Shown here one piece after another: positions 13,965-27,541 of a stretch of 64,000 nucleotides of DNA. Source of the stretch: the human T2T-CHM13v2.0 reference genome, Homo sapiens. Location of the stretch: assembly GCF_009914755.1 (NCBI RefSeq), contig NC_060939.1. One strand, 5' to 3'. The first letter of the stretch is position 1; each line of letters begins with the position of its first letter. The translations under genes and the position numbers were made by a program. Under the pieces are notes generated by a model. That model ran no database searches. It was not told the DNA's origin and worked only from the letters and a program-made list of their open reading frames with translations.

Positions 13965-14420
13965 AATCTATGCAGCCAGTAAATGTGTCTCAGATGAGTG
14001 CCGGGTGCAGAGCACCACACTGGGTTCAGAGGTACAGCAGTGAGAAGGAAAGACAGTCTCTGCTCTCGTGGTGGTGGGAAAGAGAGACGGTATCCAATAT
14101 GCCCTGTGATAGCAGCCAGGACGGGCAATCATCGAGAAAGGAAGCTAAGCAGTCAGAGGTGCTCAGGTTGAGTGACATTCAAGCAGAGACCCGAAGACGA
14201 CGAGGGAAAGAACCACGCCAATGTGGATATTGGAGAGGCGATTGTGGGGGTCACCTGGGCCAGGTGCTCCCCAAAGATCAAGTAGGAGGAAGGCTGCTGG
14301 GTTGGGAAATATGGAGGTCATTGTTTGCCACGACAAGGCCAGTTTTGGTGGACTGGTGGGGCTAACCCACATGGAGTGGTTCAAGGGAGGACAGGAGGAG
14401 GAGACGTTGAGAGTGGGGAG
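13965..14420 (-). mobile_element. L2 fragment
   Basis: Antisense L2 3'-end signature 'cacactgggttcagaggtacagcagtgagaaggaaagacagtctctgctctcgtgg'. Confidence 0.55.
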
Positions 14421-14628
14421 TGCAGACTGGGGAAGAATTCTGCTCCTGGGCCACCAAGCACTGCTATATACCCTAAGCAGCTGGCACAGCTGAACCAGAA
14501 CCAGCACCCTCAGCAGAAGCAGCCAGAGGATCAGCACCAAGGACAGAGGGAGAATGAGGTGGCGAGACAGGCACAGACCCACCAGTGCCTGCCTTGAGGG
14601 CAGTGAAAGACCAGCTCCCCCAGCCACA

Positions 14629-15317
14629 TGATGTGTGTCTGCAGAGGCTTTAGATAACCACGTATACAGAGCACCCTTGACATAAGTGGTTCCATCATCT
14701 TACAGTTCATAGGACACACTGCAATGGAGAGTTTGCCTAATAAAGATTGCATCCAACCAGATAAGGATATAAACACACTCTTCCACTATTGGCCCTCCCC
14801 AGAGGACTCTGGCCAAAAAAAGAGCAGGACTTCAGCTGTTCAAAACGGTCACGTTAATTGACATCGTCTTGCTGTCACTTGTGATAAGCACCCAACATCT
14901 GCCCACATCGAAGACTCTTCCTTGCAAGACGAATTGCTGAGGCCAGACGGGGAGATTCTTTTAATCTTTTTGTCACTCTCCCTGTACTGCCTTGTTAACC
15001 CTTTTTCCTATCTTTTCTTAACGCTAAATGTGACTTTGTTTGTTGTGGAATGTTTAATCTGTAACGTTTATATATTGATTAAGTATACTATTATGTATGG
15101 TTTGCAATATTGACTGACTTATGGAGTGGCTTGAACCTGTGTCCCCGCGGCTCTGACTACCGAGTGAATGGGAAGTACTAAGGAGAACTGTCTGCTTGGG
15201 AACTCCATGAAGTTCGTGGCTTTTGTGATTGAAATAGCATCAATAAAAGGTTGACACTGTGGAACAACACAAGCCTGCATGGACCTGCTTATCTCTGACC
15301 TCGCACCACTCACGAGA
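14629..15317 (+). mobile_element. Solo ERV LTR, probably ERVL class (family not assigned)
   Basis: TG start, AATAAA at 15242, terminal 'cacgaga', and a 5-bp TSD CCACA/CCATA typical of ERVL. Confidence 0.75.
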
Positions 15318-15815
15318 CCATACCTGAGCCCTTCTCCACTTTGGCAGAACTGTTGCATGGCCTCTCTTCATATAATACCTCTCCGTACACCGTACACCGC
15401 AGCTCAAAGAAAGGATATATGCTCCCTGTGAAGACTAATGGAACTGTCCCTCCTGATCCTCCTACAGACTTCCTCTGGCCTAATGGGTGCACCATTGCAT
15501 TATATCTGCCATCTATACACACATATACCTTTCAACCCTGCACTCTCTGAGATGACTGGACTCATGCCTAAATAACTGATGCTGTCCCTAGTGTAAGGTA
15601 AGCACTCAATAGTTTCTCAGGAAATGAATATGATAAATATTTTGGCTGTTTAGAGGCTTTCCTTCACTTCATTTTCTGTGTCCTCTTATTTAAAAAGAAG
15701 TGCTCACTAGAGGTTACCTGAAGACATATCTGATCCTTGAAACCTGCAGTAGTCTAACACAGAGGCCAAGATCACAGGTCTTCATAAAAGTAATACTTTC
15801 CTCATGACAATGAAG

Positions 15816-16377
15816 TGCCACAGGGCCAACTCAAAAATTGAGACTGAGCCTGGGAGGCCATGTGGGTTCTCGGCTTTGTGCGGGCAGGAATTCGACAGCC
15901 AGCCAACAGAGTGAAGAGAAAGCAAGTTTACTAAGAAAGTAAAGGAATAACAGGGTGGCTATGCCATAGGCAGAGCAGCCCTGAGTGCTGCTGGTTGGCT
16001 TTTTCTATGGTTATTTCTTGATTATATGCTAAACAAGGGGTGGATTATTCATGAGTTTTGGGGGAATGGGAGGACAGTTATGGGAACTAATGTTTCCTCC
16101 CCCTTTCAGACTATATAGGGTAATTCTTGATGCTACCATCGCATTTGTAAATTGCCATGGCATTGGTAGGAGTTTCTTTGAGCAAGTTAACGTATTATAA
16201 TTAGCATATAATGAGCAGTGAGGACAACCAGAGGTTGCTTTTGTGGCCATCTTGGTTTTGGTGGGTTTTGGCTGGCTTCTTTACTGCATCCTGTTTTATC
16301 AGGTTTTTTTTGTTTTTTTGGTTTGTTTGTTTTTTGAGCTAGGTCTTGTAAAACAGTCCTGCCAACTTCCTATCTCA
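15816..16377 (-). mobile_element. MER41-family (C/D/E-like) ERV1 solo LTR
   Basis: The reverse complement starts TGAGATAGGA and contains AAAACCCACCAAAACCAAGATGGC and CATGAATAATCCACCCCTTGTTTAGCATATAATCAAG; TSD GAAG/GAAT. Confidence 0.9.
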
Positions 16378-16429
16378 GAATCACATGTCTCTCATTGTCC
16401 TAGCTCAGGGTGATAACACGGGAGGCATG

Positions 16430-16904
16430 CCAGGTTACTTGTCACCCAATATTCATTCTCCTGTTCTGAGTCAGAAATGAATGAGGGGCTTGGCTGTGAT
16501 GTTCTCCTCTGGACAGAGCCCTCACTTCCCAGCTGACTTGAGGCTGGTGTGGCCTTGTGTCCAGGTATGTGGCCAACAGAGATGTAAGTAGAAATCTTAC
16601 CAATTCTTCCAGGAAGTCTTTTCAAAGAGAGACTGGACGACCTTCTCTCTTTCTCTCTCCATCCTGCTGCTTGGGAAAGGGATGTGACATCTGGAGTCCT
16701 GGCAGCCACCTTGGAGCACAAGATTAAGAGCCCCAGCTAAGGCAGGCAGAGTGGCTGGCGGAAGGGAGCAAGGGCCCCTGGGGAACTTACTGCTTACCCT
16801 GGGCTTCTTTAAAGTGGAAAAAAAAAAAAAAAAGAAATTCCACTTCCTATCAGCTCTTTTATTCTGGATGTCTCAGCCAAACACACCCAAACCCAATACT
16901 GACA
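16430..16904 (+). mobile_element. MLT1J-like MaLR LTR
   Basis: 'tggccaacagagatgtaagtagaa', 'ctggagtcctggcagccaccttg'; ends 'aatactgaca'. Confidence 0.7.
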
Positions 16905-17812
16905 TAAGTTATTTGTCAGTATTGACAAATATTTGTAAAGTCTTCACTTTTGAAATTAAATATATTCACCGTGCTGTGTAAAGTATAATATGAATGCTTT
17001 TTTAAAAGTTATTTGTTTACTGGGATTATATTTGCCTGTGTGAGCCAAAAGAAGCATTTCTGCCTATTACCGTGGGAGTTTTCAGAGCATGGGTCTAGGT
17101 GGCGATATCCCCACTGAATCAAAAGGCAGACTCAGAAGTGGTTTTACAAAGAGAAATATGAACACTTTTCTCATTGTGAGATAACCATTACATCTCAGTT
17201 TAAAGATCCAAAGCTAATTTTGGAAATTATTTTTAAGGCACAGAGGAAAAACATCATGTGAGCTCACAGGTCTGACACAGTTGTGAACAGCTTGTTTTCT
17301 TATAGAAATGCTGTGGTGGCTGCCTGGGCTAGGGCATTTGCATTTCAACCAAATGTTCTTTCAAAGTCAGAGCCAGAGCAGCTAGAAGCTTCCTTAAAAC
17401 CAGGTGAACCCTAAACGTAGAAATAGGAAAAACAGTGGCCTCCACTGTGTCCTTTCACATCTCGGCCTCTGAACTTCAGCCTGAGACACTGGAAAGCTGC
17501 ACCCTTCCTCTGTCTCCTCAAATCCTGCAAGCCCCAAGGCACATCACCCGACATCAAAAGGCCATCCTCATTTCAGGTGGATGTCCCATTTGACTGACAG
17601 CAGCTACTTGTGTTTCAGAATAGGATTTGCTTAAAAATCACTTGGTATCCTTGTGAGCAGGGAGTCTCCCAAGGCCTGACTCCACATTCTGCAGCATTAG
17701 GTGAGCACATGACCCAAAAATCTATGTCATTTATTACTTCCCAGGCACATTGACTCAGATGCTCCTTGGACCATTCTCAGGAGTATTGGTGTCGATATTA
17801 CTGATCTCAAAA

Positions 17813-18251
17813 TGAAACCATCCCAGTTTCCCCATGGAAATGATGTTTACCAGGTTTGGATGGTTCTTTTGAATAAACAGAAATTGATCCTCTGATCTTA
17901 AAACTTGAAACTTACATTTGTCTTATCTGAGTTCCTTTCTTGGGCAAGGAACTGAAACTCACTAGATGAACACATCCAGGCTCTAAGACACCAGACCCCT
18001 CTCATCCTTCATGATTGTTTCCTCATGCCTCCCTAATTTCTGTTTTTCTGCATGTAGTTACATTCCTGTGCACTATATTAAACCCCAGTGTTAGTCAGCT
18101 GGCGAGACAGGTTTGAGAATTATCTCTTGTCTTCTTGGCTAACACTACTCAAATAGTGCTTTCTTCCTGGACAATATTTGTCATCTCAGAGATTGTCTTT
18201 CCATGCAGGGAGCAAAGAGACCTGGACCTAACCCCTGGTGTTTTAGTAACA
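17813..18251 (+). mobile_element. MER66-like ERV1 solo LTR
   Basis: TGAAACCATCCC...GTAACA termini; TSD AAAA/AAAA; 'ttacatttgtcttatctgagttcctttct'. Confidence 0.8.
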
Positions 18252-18744
18252 AAAATTCAAATCTTAAAAGGTGTTATATATCATATCCTCCACTCCTATA
18301 TGTCTATATTTGAGCTCAAAATTAAAGAAATCTTCATTTAACTGGGTTGGGAGTCCACACTTCCTTTCATGCCCAAACTTTCGGTTGGCATTGGGTGTAC
18401 TGAAGGGAGAACCCACTGCTGAGCCTGGCTTCCCGGAGGTCAGCTCGCCCTCCAGGAATTTGTAATCTACTTGGGAAATCAAATGATGGAATACCAAGCA
18501 CAATTATTAACTATTCTTAAGCAATTACCTAAAGGTTTGAAGTGTGCATTGAGCATTTATGTATTTGTAAGGTTCTACCACCTGACCTTGCTAGATTTTG
18601 ATGCATTTTGGCATGTTCTCGTACCTTGGATCCTAAACATTCTGGCTGTGGCTCTATGACTCCTTTCTCTTCTTGGTTTTGAATGTGGCTCTCCTAGCTG
18701 TACCTGAAGAGAGGCTAAGGGTGAAAAGACATAAATATACCATT

Positions 18745-19179
18745 TGTGAAATTAAATAATTTAAACTTTAAGATGTTGGAATTTTAAATTATTCTGAGCC
18801 TTGAGAGGAATGTGGCTATGCAGACTGAGTCACATAGCAGGGAGCAGCAACTCCTTTTTTTTTCTATAACTTATTAAGATCAAACAGTGCCAGAGGTAAG
18901 ACCCTCTTGGATCACTGTTCCTCCTCATGGAGGAATAATCTTCCCTGGAATATAGCAATCTGTAAGCAATCAATTGCTACAGTATATGCACTAGTCTTGT
19001 CTGGAAAATGTTCTAATCCTGCTAATAATATTTCTATCTAGGTGAAACTAACTTCTCCACTTTAGAATGCTAACACCATTCATGTGGAGTTAGTGTTTCC
19101 AGGTGGCTCTCCTCAAGTATTGCCCTCAGATAAACTCTATACTAAATCATATTTTCTGAATCTCATTATTTAAAGATGA
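18745..19179 (+). mobile_element. LTR54-like ERV1 solo LTR, with an AP-1 motif TGAGTCA at 18826-18832
   Basis: Starts TGTGAAATTAAATAA...GAGCCTTGAGAGGAATGTGGCTATG; 3' end 'taaactctatactaaatcatattttctgaatctcattatttaa'. Confidence 0.72.
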
Positions 19180-19381
19180 TGTGCTCATGCATGCCTACTT
19201 GCATACAAGGTGTATTGTGTGTAGAATATTTACCATTATGGATTCAGTTCTTCAGAGAAGACATGGACTTGTGCACGCTTGAATTTAGTTCAGGGGAGCA
19301 CATAACAATCACAAAGATCTCACTCAAATCCCTACCTTCTTTCTACTGGGGTGGCTTTGTGTCTTTGAAATATGAAAAACA

Positions 19382-19715
19382 GGCCCAGTGTGATGGCATA
19401 CACCTGTAATCCCAGGGCTTTGGGAGGCTGATGCAAGAGGATCATTTGAAGCCAGGAGTTTGAGATCAGTGTGGGCAACAATACAAGAGTCCACCTCTAA
19501 AAAAGACTTCTTTTTAAATTTAGCTGAGTATGGTGGCAAGCACCTGTAGATCCAGCTACTTGGGAGGCTGGGGCAGGAGGATGGTTTGAGCCCAGGAGTT
19601 TGAGGCTGCAGTGAGCTATGACCATGCCACTGCACTCCAGCCTAGAAAACAGAACAAGACCCTGTCTCTAAAAAAAGGAAAAGAAGAAAGAGGAGGAAGA
19701 GGAGGAAAGTAAAAG
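19382..19715 (+). mobile_element. AluJ with a purine-rich tail
   Basis: J diagnostics (gagcccaggagtttgaggctgcagtgagctatg); TSD gaaatatgaaaaaca/gaaatataaaaaca. Confidence 0.9.
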
Positions 19716-20030
19716 AAATATAAAAACAGAGAAATGAAAGCTGTTTTTACAAAGAGATGTTAAGAAGGTCAGTATTTTTTGGACTCACCCAATCTGGCAG
19801 AAGTCCTAGAGAAGGCTAGACACACAAATCACACTTGGTAGGAGAACGGAGGCTGGTGCTGTGAGATGTAGGGAGTTCTGTTGCAGAGAGCCTCTACAGT
19901 GTTAAGGGGAAGAAGGTATCCAAGCTGCTCCTCAGAGGTCAACCAAAAGGTGCAAAGAGAGCTTCCATATGGGCCCAGAATGGGCATGGGCATGGCCAGT
20001 TTGATAGGTGCAAGTAGGGACCATTGATCT

Positions 20031-20503
20031 TGAGAAAAGGAGATAACTTTTATTCGAGGAATATGAATCCTTTTAAATTATCAGGCCAAGAGAGACGTAA
20101 AATGAGATAACAATCACATCCTACTTAACCCATGAGCTATGTATTCATTTCTTGCAACTACTTACTATTGCCACAGGTAGCTAGAAATTAACCGAATAAT
20201 GCTGCACCAAACACAATGACCCACACTTCACTGTTATCTCAAATTTCTGGACTCAAGCAGTCCTCCCACCTCAGCCTCCTGAGTAGCTGGAACTACAGGC
20301 ATGCGCCACCACACCTGGCTAATTTTTTTTTGATTTGGTAGAGACAGGGTCTCACCGTGTTGTACAGGCTGGTTTCAAACTCCTAACCTCAGGCAATCCT
20401 CCTGCCTCAGCCTCCCAAAGTGCTGAGATCACAGTTGTGAACCACTGTGCCCTGCCCTCTACTTCTATTAATTTTACCTCAGCTTTTTCCTTTTAGATCA
20501 AAA
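20031..20503 (+). mobile_element. LTR24-like LTR ends (20031-20227, 20457-20503) around a tail-less antisense AluJ (20228-20456)
   Basis: LTR start 'tgagaaaaggagataacttttattcgagg'; LTR end 'ctctacttctattaattttacctcagc'; the Alu lacks its 3' end. Confidence 0.75.
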
Positions 20504-20954
20504 ATTTAACAATGTCTATATAGAATTACCCAGTTGTCCTTTGGATTTTATAAGCTTGTGAGGCTCCAATAGTGTTTTAGTGATGTTGAAGGGTCCATAA
20601 AATCTCTGTAAATGAGGAGTTTGGATAAGCTATTGTCCAAGACCCCCGGCAGCTCTAAATCGTTTCCATTCTAGTTAACAACACAATATACACTCTCCTG
20701 GAATGCCCATCAAACAGTCTTGGCATTTCACTCCCCAGAACTGACTGGGTCCTCTCCCAGGTTGCTGACCTCTGTAGAAGGGTAGGTGGCATGTTGTGCA
20801 GCTGAACTGTGTCAGCAAAGTCATGCAGCCAAGTGTGCACAGAGATCTTGAAAGTAGTCCAGGTCCAGACACATCCCCTGTCCAGCACCTCACCCTACTC
20901 AGTTATCTGGAGAATTCCTATCACTATCCTATGCCTTTCTTCTTATGTTTTCTT

Positions 20955-21295
20955 TTCATATACTTTATTTTTTAGAGCAGTTTTAGGTTCACAGCAAATT
21001 TGAGCAAAAGGTACCACAGGTTCCCATCTGCCCACTACCCCTACACATACATGGCCCTCCCCCAGTCAACATCCTGCACTGCAGTGGCACATTGGCTCCA
21101 ATGAAAGAACCTGCATTGACAGATCATTGTCACCCAGAGTTCATGGCTTACATTAAGGTTCACTCTTGGTGTTGTGCATTCTATGTGTTTGGACAAGTAC
21201 ATCATCACGGGTACCCGCCACTGTAGTATCATATAAAGCAGTCTCATAGCCCCCGCAATCCTCTCTGCTCCTCCTGTTCATCCCTCCCTCCCTGT
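20955..21295 (-). mobile_element. L1MC1/2-like 3' end
   Basis: 'tttagagcagttttaggttcacagcaaatt', 'ggttcactcttggtgttgtgcattctatg'. Confidence 0.8.
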
Positions 21296-21588
21296 CTGCT
21301 CATCAGCTGGCTTTCAGTGACTAAAATGGGGACCCCAGGATTTTGTTTTATACACTGCTTATTTGCAGTGTCAGCCCCTAAAACATGGTGTATTGGGACG
21401 TACCACATAACAATTTGCAAAAGGAATGAATGAATGGGTGAGTGAACGGGCAATGCCAAGCAAAGGTGTAGCCAGGAAAGTCCCACTGACACTGACACAG
21501 AAGGCAGGACTGGCAACACCTCAGATTCTTTCATCTCCCTCTTGCTGAGGTGTTTTAATAAAGAAAGCAGGAGACCTTTCGTGATTTC

Positions 21589-21886
21589 TGATATGGTTTG
21601 GATTTGAGTCATTGCCCAAATCTTATGTCAAATTGTAATCCCCCATGTTGGAGGAGGAGCCTGGTGGGAGGTAATTAGATCATGGGGGTGGACTTTCCCC
21701 TTGCTGTTCTCCTGATAGTGAGCGAGTTCTGTTGTGATCTGGTTGTTTACAAACGTGTAGCACCTCCCTCTGCTCTGTCTTCTTCTTCTCTGGCCATGTA
21801 AGATGTGTCTGCTTCCCCTTTATTTTCCCCCATGATTTTAAGTTTCCTGAGGCCTCCTCAACAATGCTTCCTGTGCAGCCTGCAGA
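21589..21886 (+). mobile_element. MSTA-like MaLR LTR, 3'-truncated
   Basis: Starts TGATATGGTTTGG and stops at 'cagcctgcaga', before the usual poly(A)-signal end. Confidence 0.88.
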
Positions 21887-23631
21887 CTCATCCCTGGCCC
21901 CCAACAACTCTAGGGGAATGGGTAAGTTGGACTGGCAAGGAGCAACCCTGAGCAACCCTGTCTCACCACGAGCCTCTGGAATCTTAGCAGGAAGAGACCC
22001 TTTGACCAGCACAGACACTCCAGTTGGCAGAGAGCTGCTTAGAGAAGTGGTAGGGGTGGCATGCCTGTTGAAACAGAGCTCAGAGGGTTTGGAGCTGGAG
22101 CATCTGTAGTGGAGCATGGCCAAGGAAGCCCATCCCTGTCGCCTCCACTTGCTCCCATAGGAGATATTAGCCTTAGGGGAACTGTCAGACCTCATCTCTG
22201 CAGGGCAGTCTTGTCCATCATATGGGACCTGTCCAATCTGAGCATCCCTTGGTCTGCTGGCCTCTCCCAGGGCCCCAACCTACTGGCAGAGCAGCCTTGG
22301 ATACCCTGCGGACCCGTATCATGCCTCCTGCGCCCTGGTAGACTATGCCCATCCAGTGGAGAGCTCCATCGGGGCAGCCCTTATGGCCACACACTATCCT
22401 GCATGCCCCCTCCCCACACTGAAGCTTCCCATGGACCCACAGCCAGTCCCTAAATTACTTATGCCAACACGTGTGTGTGCAGATGCATTTGCTTTCCTTG
22501 TCTCACTAGCACGTGCGTGTGTGTGTGTGCACCCTGCCCTGCCACTGCTGTGGTGGGAGTGCACTCCGCTCACTCTACCCCCACCAAACCAACAGTGGAG
22601 CTTTGACAGGTATACAGCCAGCCAGCCACACCCCCACCAGCATCCTACCCTTGTGTCAACATTTCTGAGGGACTAAAACTAGACATAGAGAACAGTGGAC
22701 CCTCCCCTTCCCTGAGTGACCACTCCTGACTGTGGTGCACAGAGAACACACACAGACCTGTGCCTACCAGCGCCCCACCCTGCTGCTAGTACCACTACCA
22801 ACATGACCACATGTGCAGTCACCATCAGGGGCCCCTCACCCCGGAGCTGTGCTTCTTCCACCACTGTGGTGAACACCCACATGGAGGCAGGCACCCCGGC
22901 CCACGCTAGCACCCTGCTGCAGTTAATGAGTGTGCACCCTGCCGTGTTGCCACTGCTGTTGCTGCTGGCACATGCAAACAAGGACAGATCCAGCTGTCTC
23001 CCCACTATAAACATTTTGGCTGACACCACCCACCAGAGTAGTGACCAATGGTCCAGAAGCACCTCGGCCCCCTAGTGCAGTGGATTCACAAACTCGAGGA
23101 GCCAGAGAACAAAGTCAGGGCCCAATACAAGTCCCCCAGAGTTAGGGCACACAGTACAAGAGTTGGGAGCTCAGCATTGGCCCCCTAAAATCTTGCAGAA
23201 ACAAAGCCAGTTGGCTGAATCCACCTTACACCATAATCAAATCCTCAAGGTCACCAGATAGGATAAAAGGGAAAAAATTCCATCCAAAGGTCAACAGCTT
23301 CAAAGATGGAAGAAACATCAGCCCACAAAGATAAGAACCAATGCAAGAACTCTGATAACTCAAAAAGCCAGAGTGTCTTCTTTCCTCTAAACAATTACAC
23401 CACCTCTCCAGCAAGGGTTCTGAACCAGGTGGAGATGGCTAAAATGACAGAAAGAGAATTAAGGATATGGATAGAAATGAAGATAACTGAAATGCAGGAG
23501 TACATCGAAAACCAATCCAAGGAAGTTAAAAATCACAATAAAACAATACAGGAGCTGACAGACAAAATAACCAATATAGAAAAGGCTGTAACTGCCCTTA
23601 TAGAGCTGAAAAACACACCATAAGAACTTCA

Positions 23632-23943
<312 letters not shown>

Positions 23944-26339
23944 TTAGAACAAGCTGAGGAAAGAATCTCAGATCTTGAAAGACTGACTTTCTGAAATAGG
24001 ACAGACAAGAATATAGTAAAAAGAATGAACAAACCCTGTGAGAAATATGGGATTATATGAAGAGACCAAATCTATGACTCACTGGTGTCCCTGAAAGAGA
24101 TGAAGAGAGTGTAGGCAACTTGGAAAGCATATTTCAGGATATTATCTATGAGAAATTCCCCCAACTTAGCTAGAGAAGCCAACTTTCAAATTCAGGAAAT
24201 TTCAAGAACCCCAGTAAAATACTTCACAAGAAAATCATCCCCAAGACACATAATCATCAGATTCTCCAAGGTCAAAAGAAAGAAAAATTTAAAAGGCAGC
24301 TAGAGAGAAAGGTCAGGTCACCTACAAAGGGAAGCCCATCAGACTAACAGCGGACCTCTCAGCAGAAACCCCACAAGCCAGAAGAGATTGGGGGTCAATA
24401 TCAACATTCTGAAAGAAAAGAAATTCCATCCCAGAATTACATATCTGACCAAATTAAGCTTTATAAATGAAGAGAAACAAGATCCTTTTCAGACAAGCAA
24501 ATGCTGAGGAAATTTGTTACCACTAGCTCTACCTTACAGGAGCTCCTGAAGGAAGCAGTAAATATGAAAGACTGTTATCAGACACTACAAAAACACACTT
24601 AAGTACACAGACAGGTGACACTATAAAGCAACCATCTAAACAAGTCTGCAAAATAACCAGCTAACATCACGACAGGAACAAATCCACATATATCAATGTG
24701 AACCTTGAATGTAAACAGGTTACATGCCCTAATTAAAAGGCACAGAGTGGAAAGCTGGATAAAACACCAAGATCCATTAATATGCTGTTTTCAGGAGACA
24801 CATCTCACATGCAATGATACCCATGGGCTTAAAATAAAGCGATGGAGGAAAATCTACCAAGCAAATGGAAAACAGAAAAAGGCAGGGGTTGCAATCATAA
24901 TTTCAGACAAAACAGACTTTAAACCAACAAAGATCAAAAAAGGCAAAGAAGGACATTACATAATCGTAAAGGGTTCAATTTAATAAGAAGACCTAAGTAT
25001 TCTAAATATATATACACCCAACACAGGATCACCCAGATTGATAAAGCAAGTTCTTAGTGACCTTCAATGAGACTTAGACTCCCATACAATAACAGTCGGA
25101 GACTTCAACACCCCACTGACAGTATTAGACAGATCATCAAGACAGAAAAATAACAAAGATATTCAGAACCTGACCTCAGCACAGGATCAAATGGACTGGA
25201 TAGACATCTACAGAACTCTCCACCCAAAAGCAACAGAATATACATGCTTCTCACCACCATGTGGCACATACTCTAAAATTGACCACATAACTGAACACAA
25301 AACACTCCTCAGCAAATGCAAAAGAACTGAAATTATAACAATCTCTTGAACCACAGCACAAATTAGAAATCAAGACTAAGAAATGTGCTCAAAACCATAC
25401 ATTTACATGGAAATTAAATAATCTGCTCCTGAATGACTTTTGGGTAAATAATGAAATTCAGGCAGAAATCAAGAAGTTTTCTGAAACTAATGAGAACAAA
25501 GATACAACATAACAGAATCTCTGGGACACAGGTAAAGCAGTGTTAAGAGGGAAATTTATAGCACTAAATGCCCACATCAAAAAGTTAGAAAGATCTCAAT
25601 TTAACAATCTAACATCACAACTAAAAAAACTAGAGAACCACAAGCAAACCAACCCCAAAGCTAGCAGAAGACAAGAAATAACCAAAATCAGAGCTGAACT
25701 GAAGGAGATTGAGACATACAAAAAACTACTCAAAAGATCAATGAATCCAGGAATTGTTTTTATGAAAAAATTAATAAAATACATAGACCACTAGCTAGTC
25801 TAATAAAGAAGAAAAGAGAGACGATCCACATAAACACAATTAGAAACAAAAAAGGTGGCACTACCACTGACCCCACAGAAATACAAATAACCATCATGGA
25901 ATATTGTGAACACTTCTATGCACATAAACTAGAAAATATAGAAAAACATAGATAAATTCCTGTATATGTATATCTTCCTATGACTGAGCCAGGAAGAAAT
26001 TGAATCCCTGAACAGACCAGTAACAAACTCTGAAACTGAATCAGTAATAAATAGCCTATCAGCCAAAAATCCTAGGACAAGATTGATTCACAGCCATATT
26101 CTACCAAATGTGCAAAGAAGAGTTGATACCATTCCTACTGAAACTATTCCAAAAAATTGAGGAGAAGAGACTCCTCCCTAACTTCTTCTATAAGGTCAGG
26201 ATCATCCTGATACCAAAACCTTGCAGGGACACACCAAAAAGGAAATCTTCCAGCCAATATCCTTGATGAACATTGATGCAAAAATCCCCAACAAAATATT
26301 GGCAAACTGAATCCAGCAGCACATCAAAAAAACTTATCC

Positions 26340-26713
<374 letters not shown>

Positions 26714-27213
26714 TCATCACAAACTAAACTAAAGACAAAAAACACATGATTATCTCAACAGACACAGAAAAGGCATTTGATGAAATGCAACATCCTCTCA
26801 TGTTAAAAACTCTAAATAAACTAGGTATTGAATAAACATACCTCAAAATAATAAGAGCCATCTATGACAAACTTACAGCTAACATCACATTGAATGGGCA
26901 AAAGTTGGAAACATTCCCCTTGAAAACCAGCACAAAACAAGAATTCCCTTTCTCACCACACTCCTACTCAACATAGTAATGGAAGCCCTGGTCAGAGCAA
27001 TCAGGCAAGAGAAAGGAGTAAAGGGCAACCAAATAGTAACAGAAGAAGTCAGACTATTCCTGTTAGCAGATGACATGATTACATATCTAAAAAACTCCAT
27101 AGTCTCAGCCCAAAAGCCCCTTAAGCTCATAAACAACTTCAGCAAAGTCTTAGGATACAAAATCAATGTACAAAAATCACTAACATTCCTATACACCAAT
27201 AACAGTCAGGTCA

Positions 27214-27541
<328 letters not shown>

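Noticed and set aside
13856-14776. Overlapping 80-154 aa ORFs, including a Q-rich one
   Set aside because: Purine-rich L2-derived and adjacent sequence; no domain or exon structure
16302-16345. T-rich run ending 'ttttgag' resembling a mini-Alu
   Set aside because: No Alu body or TSD; simple expansion inside MER41
21680-23075. Longer ORFs (119-171 aa) on both strands
   Set aside because: They lie in the GC-rich L1 5' UTR and MSTA. They are not recognisable as ORF0, which is described for younger L1PA families
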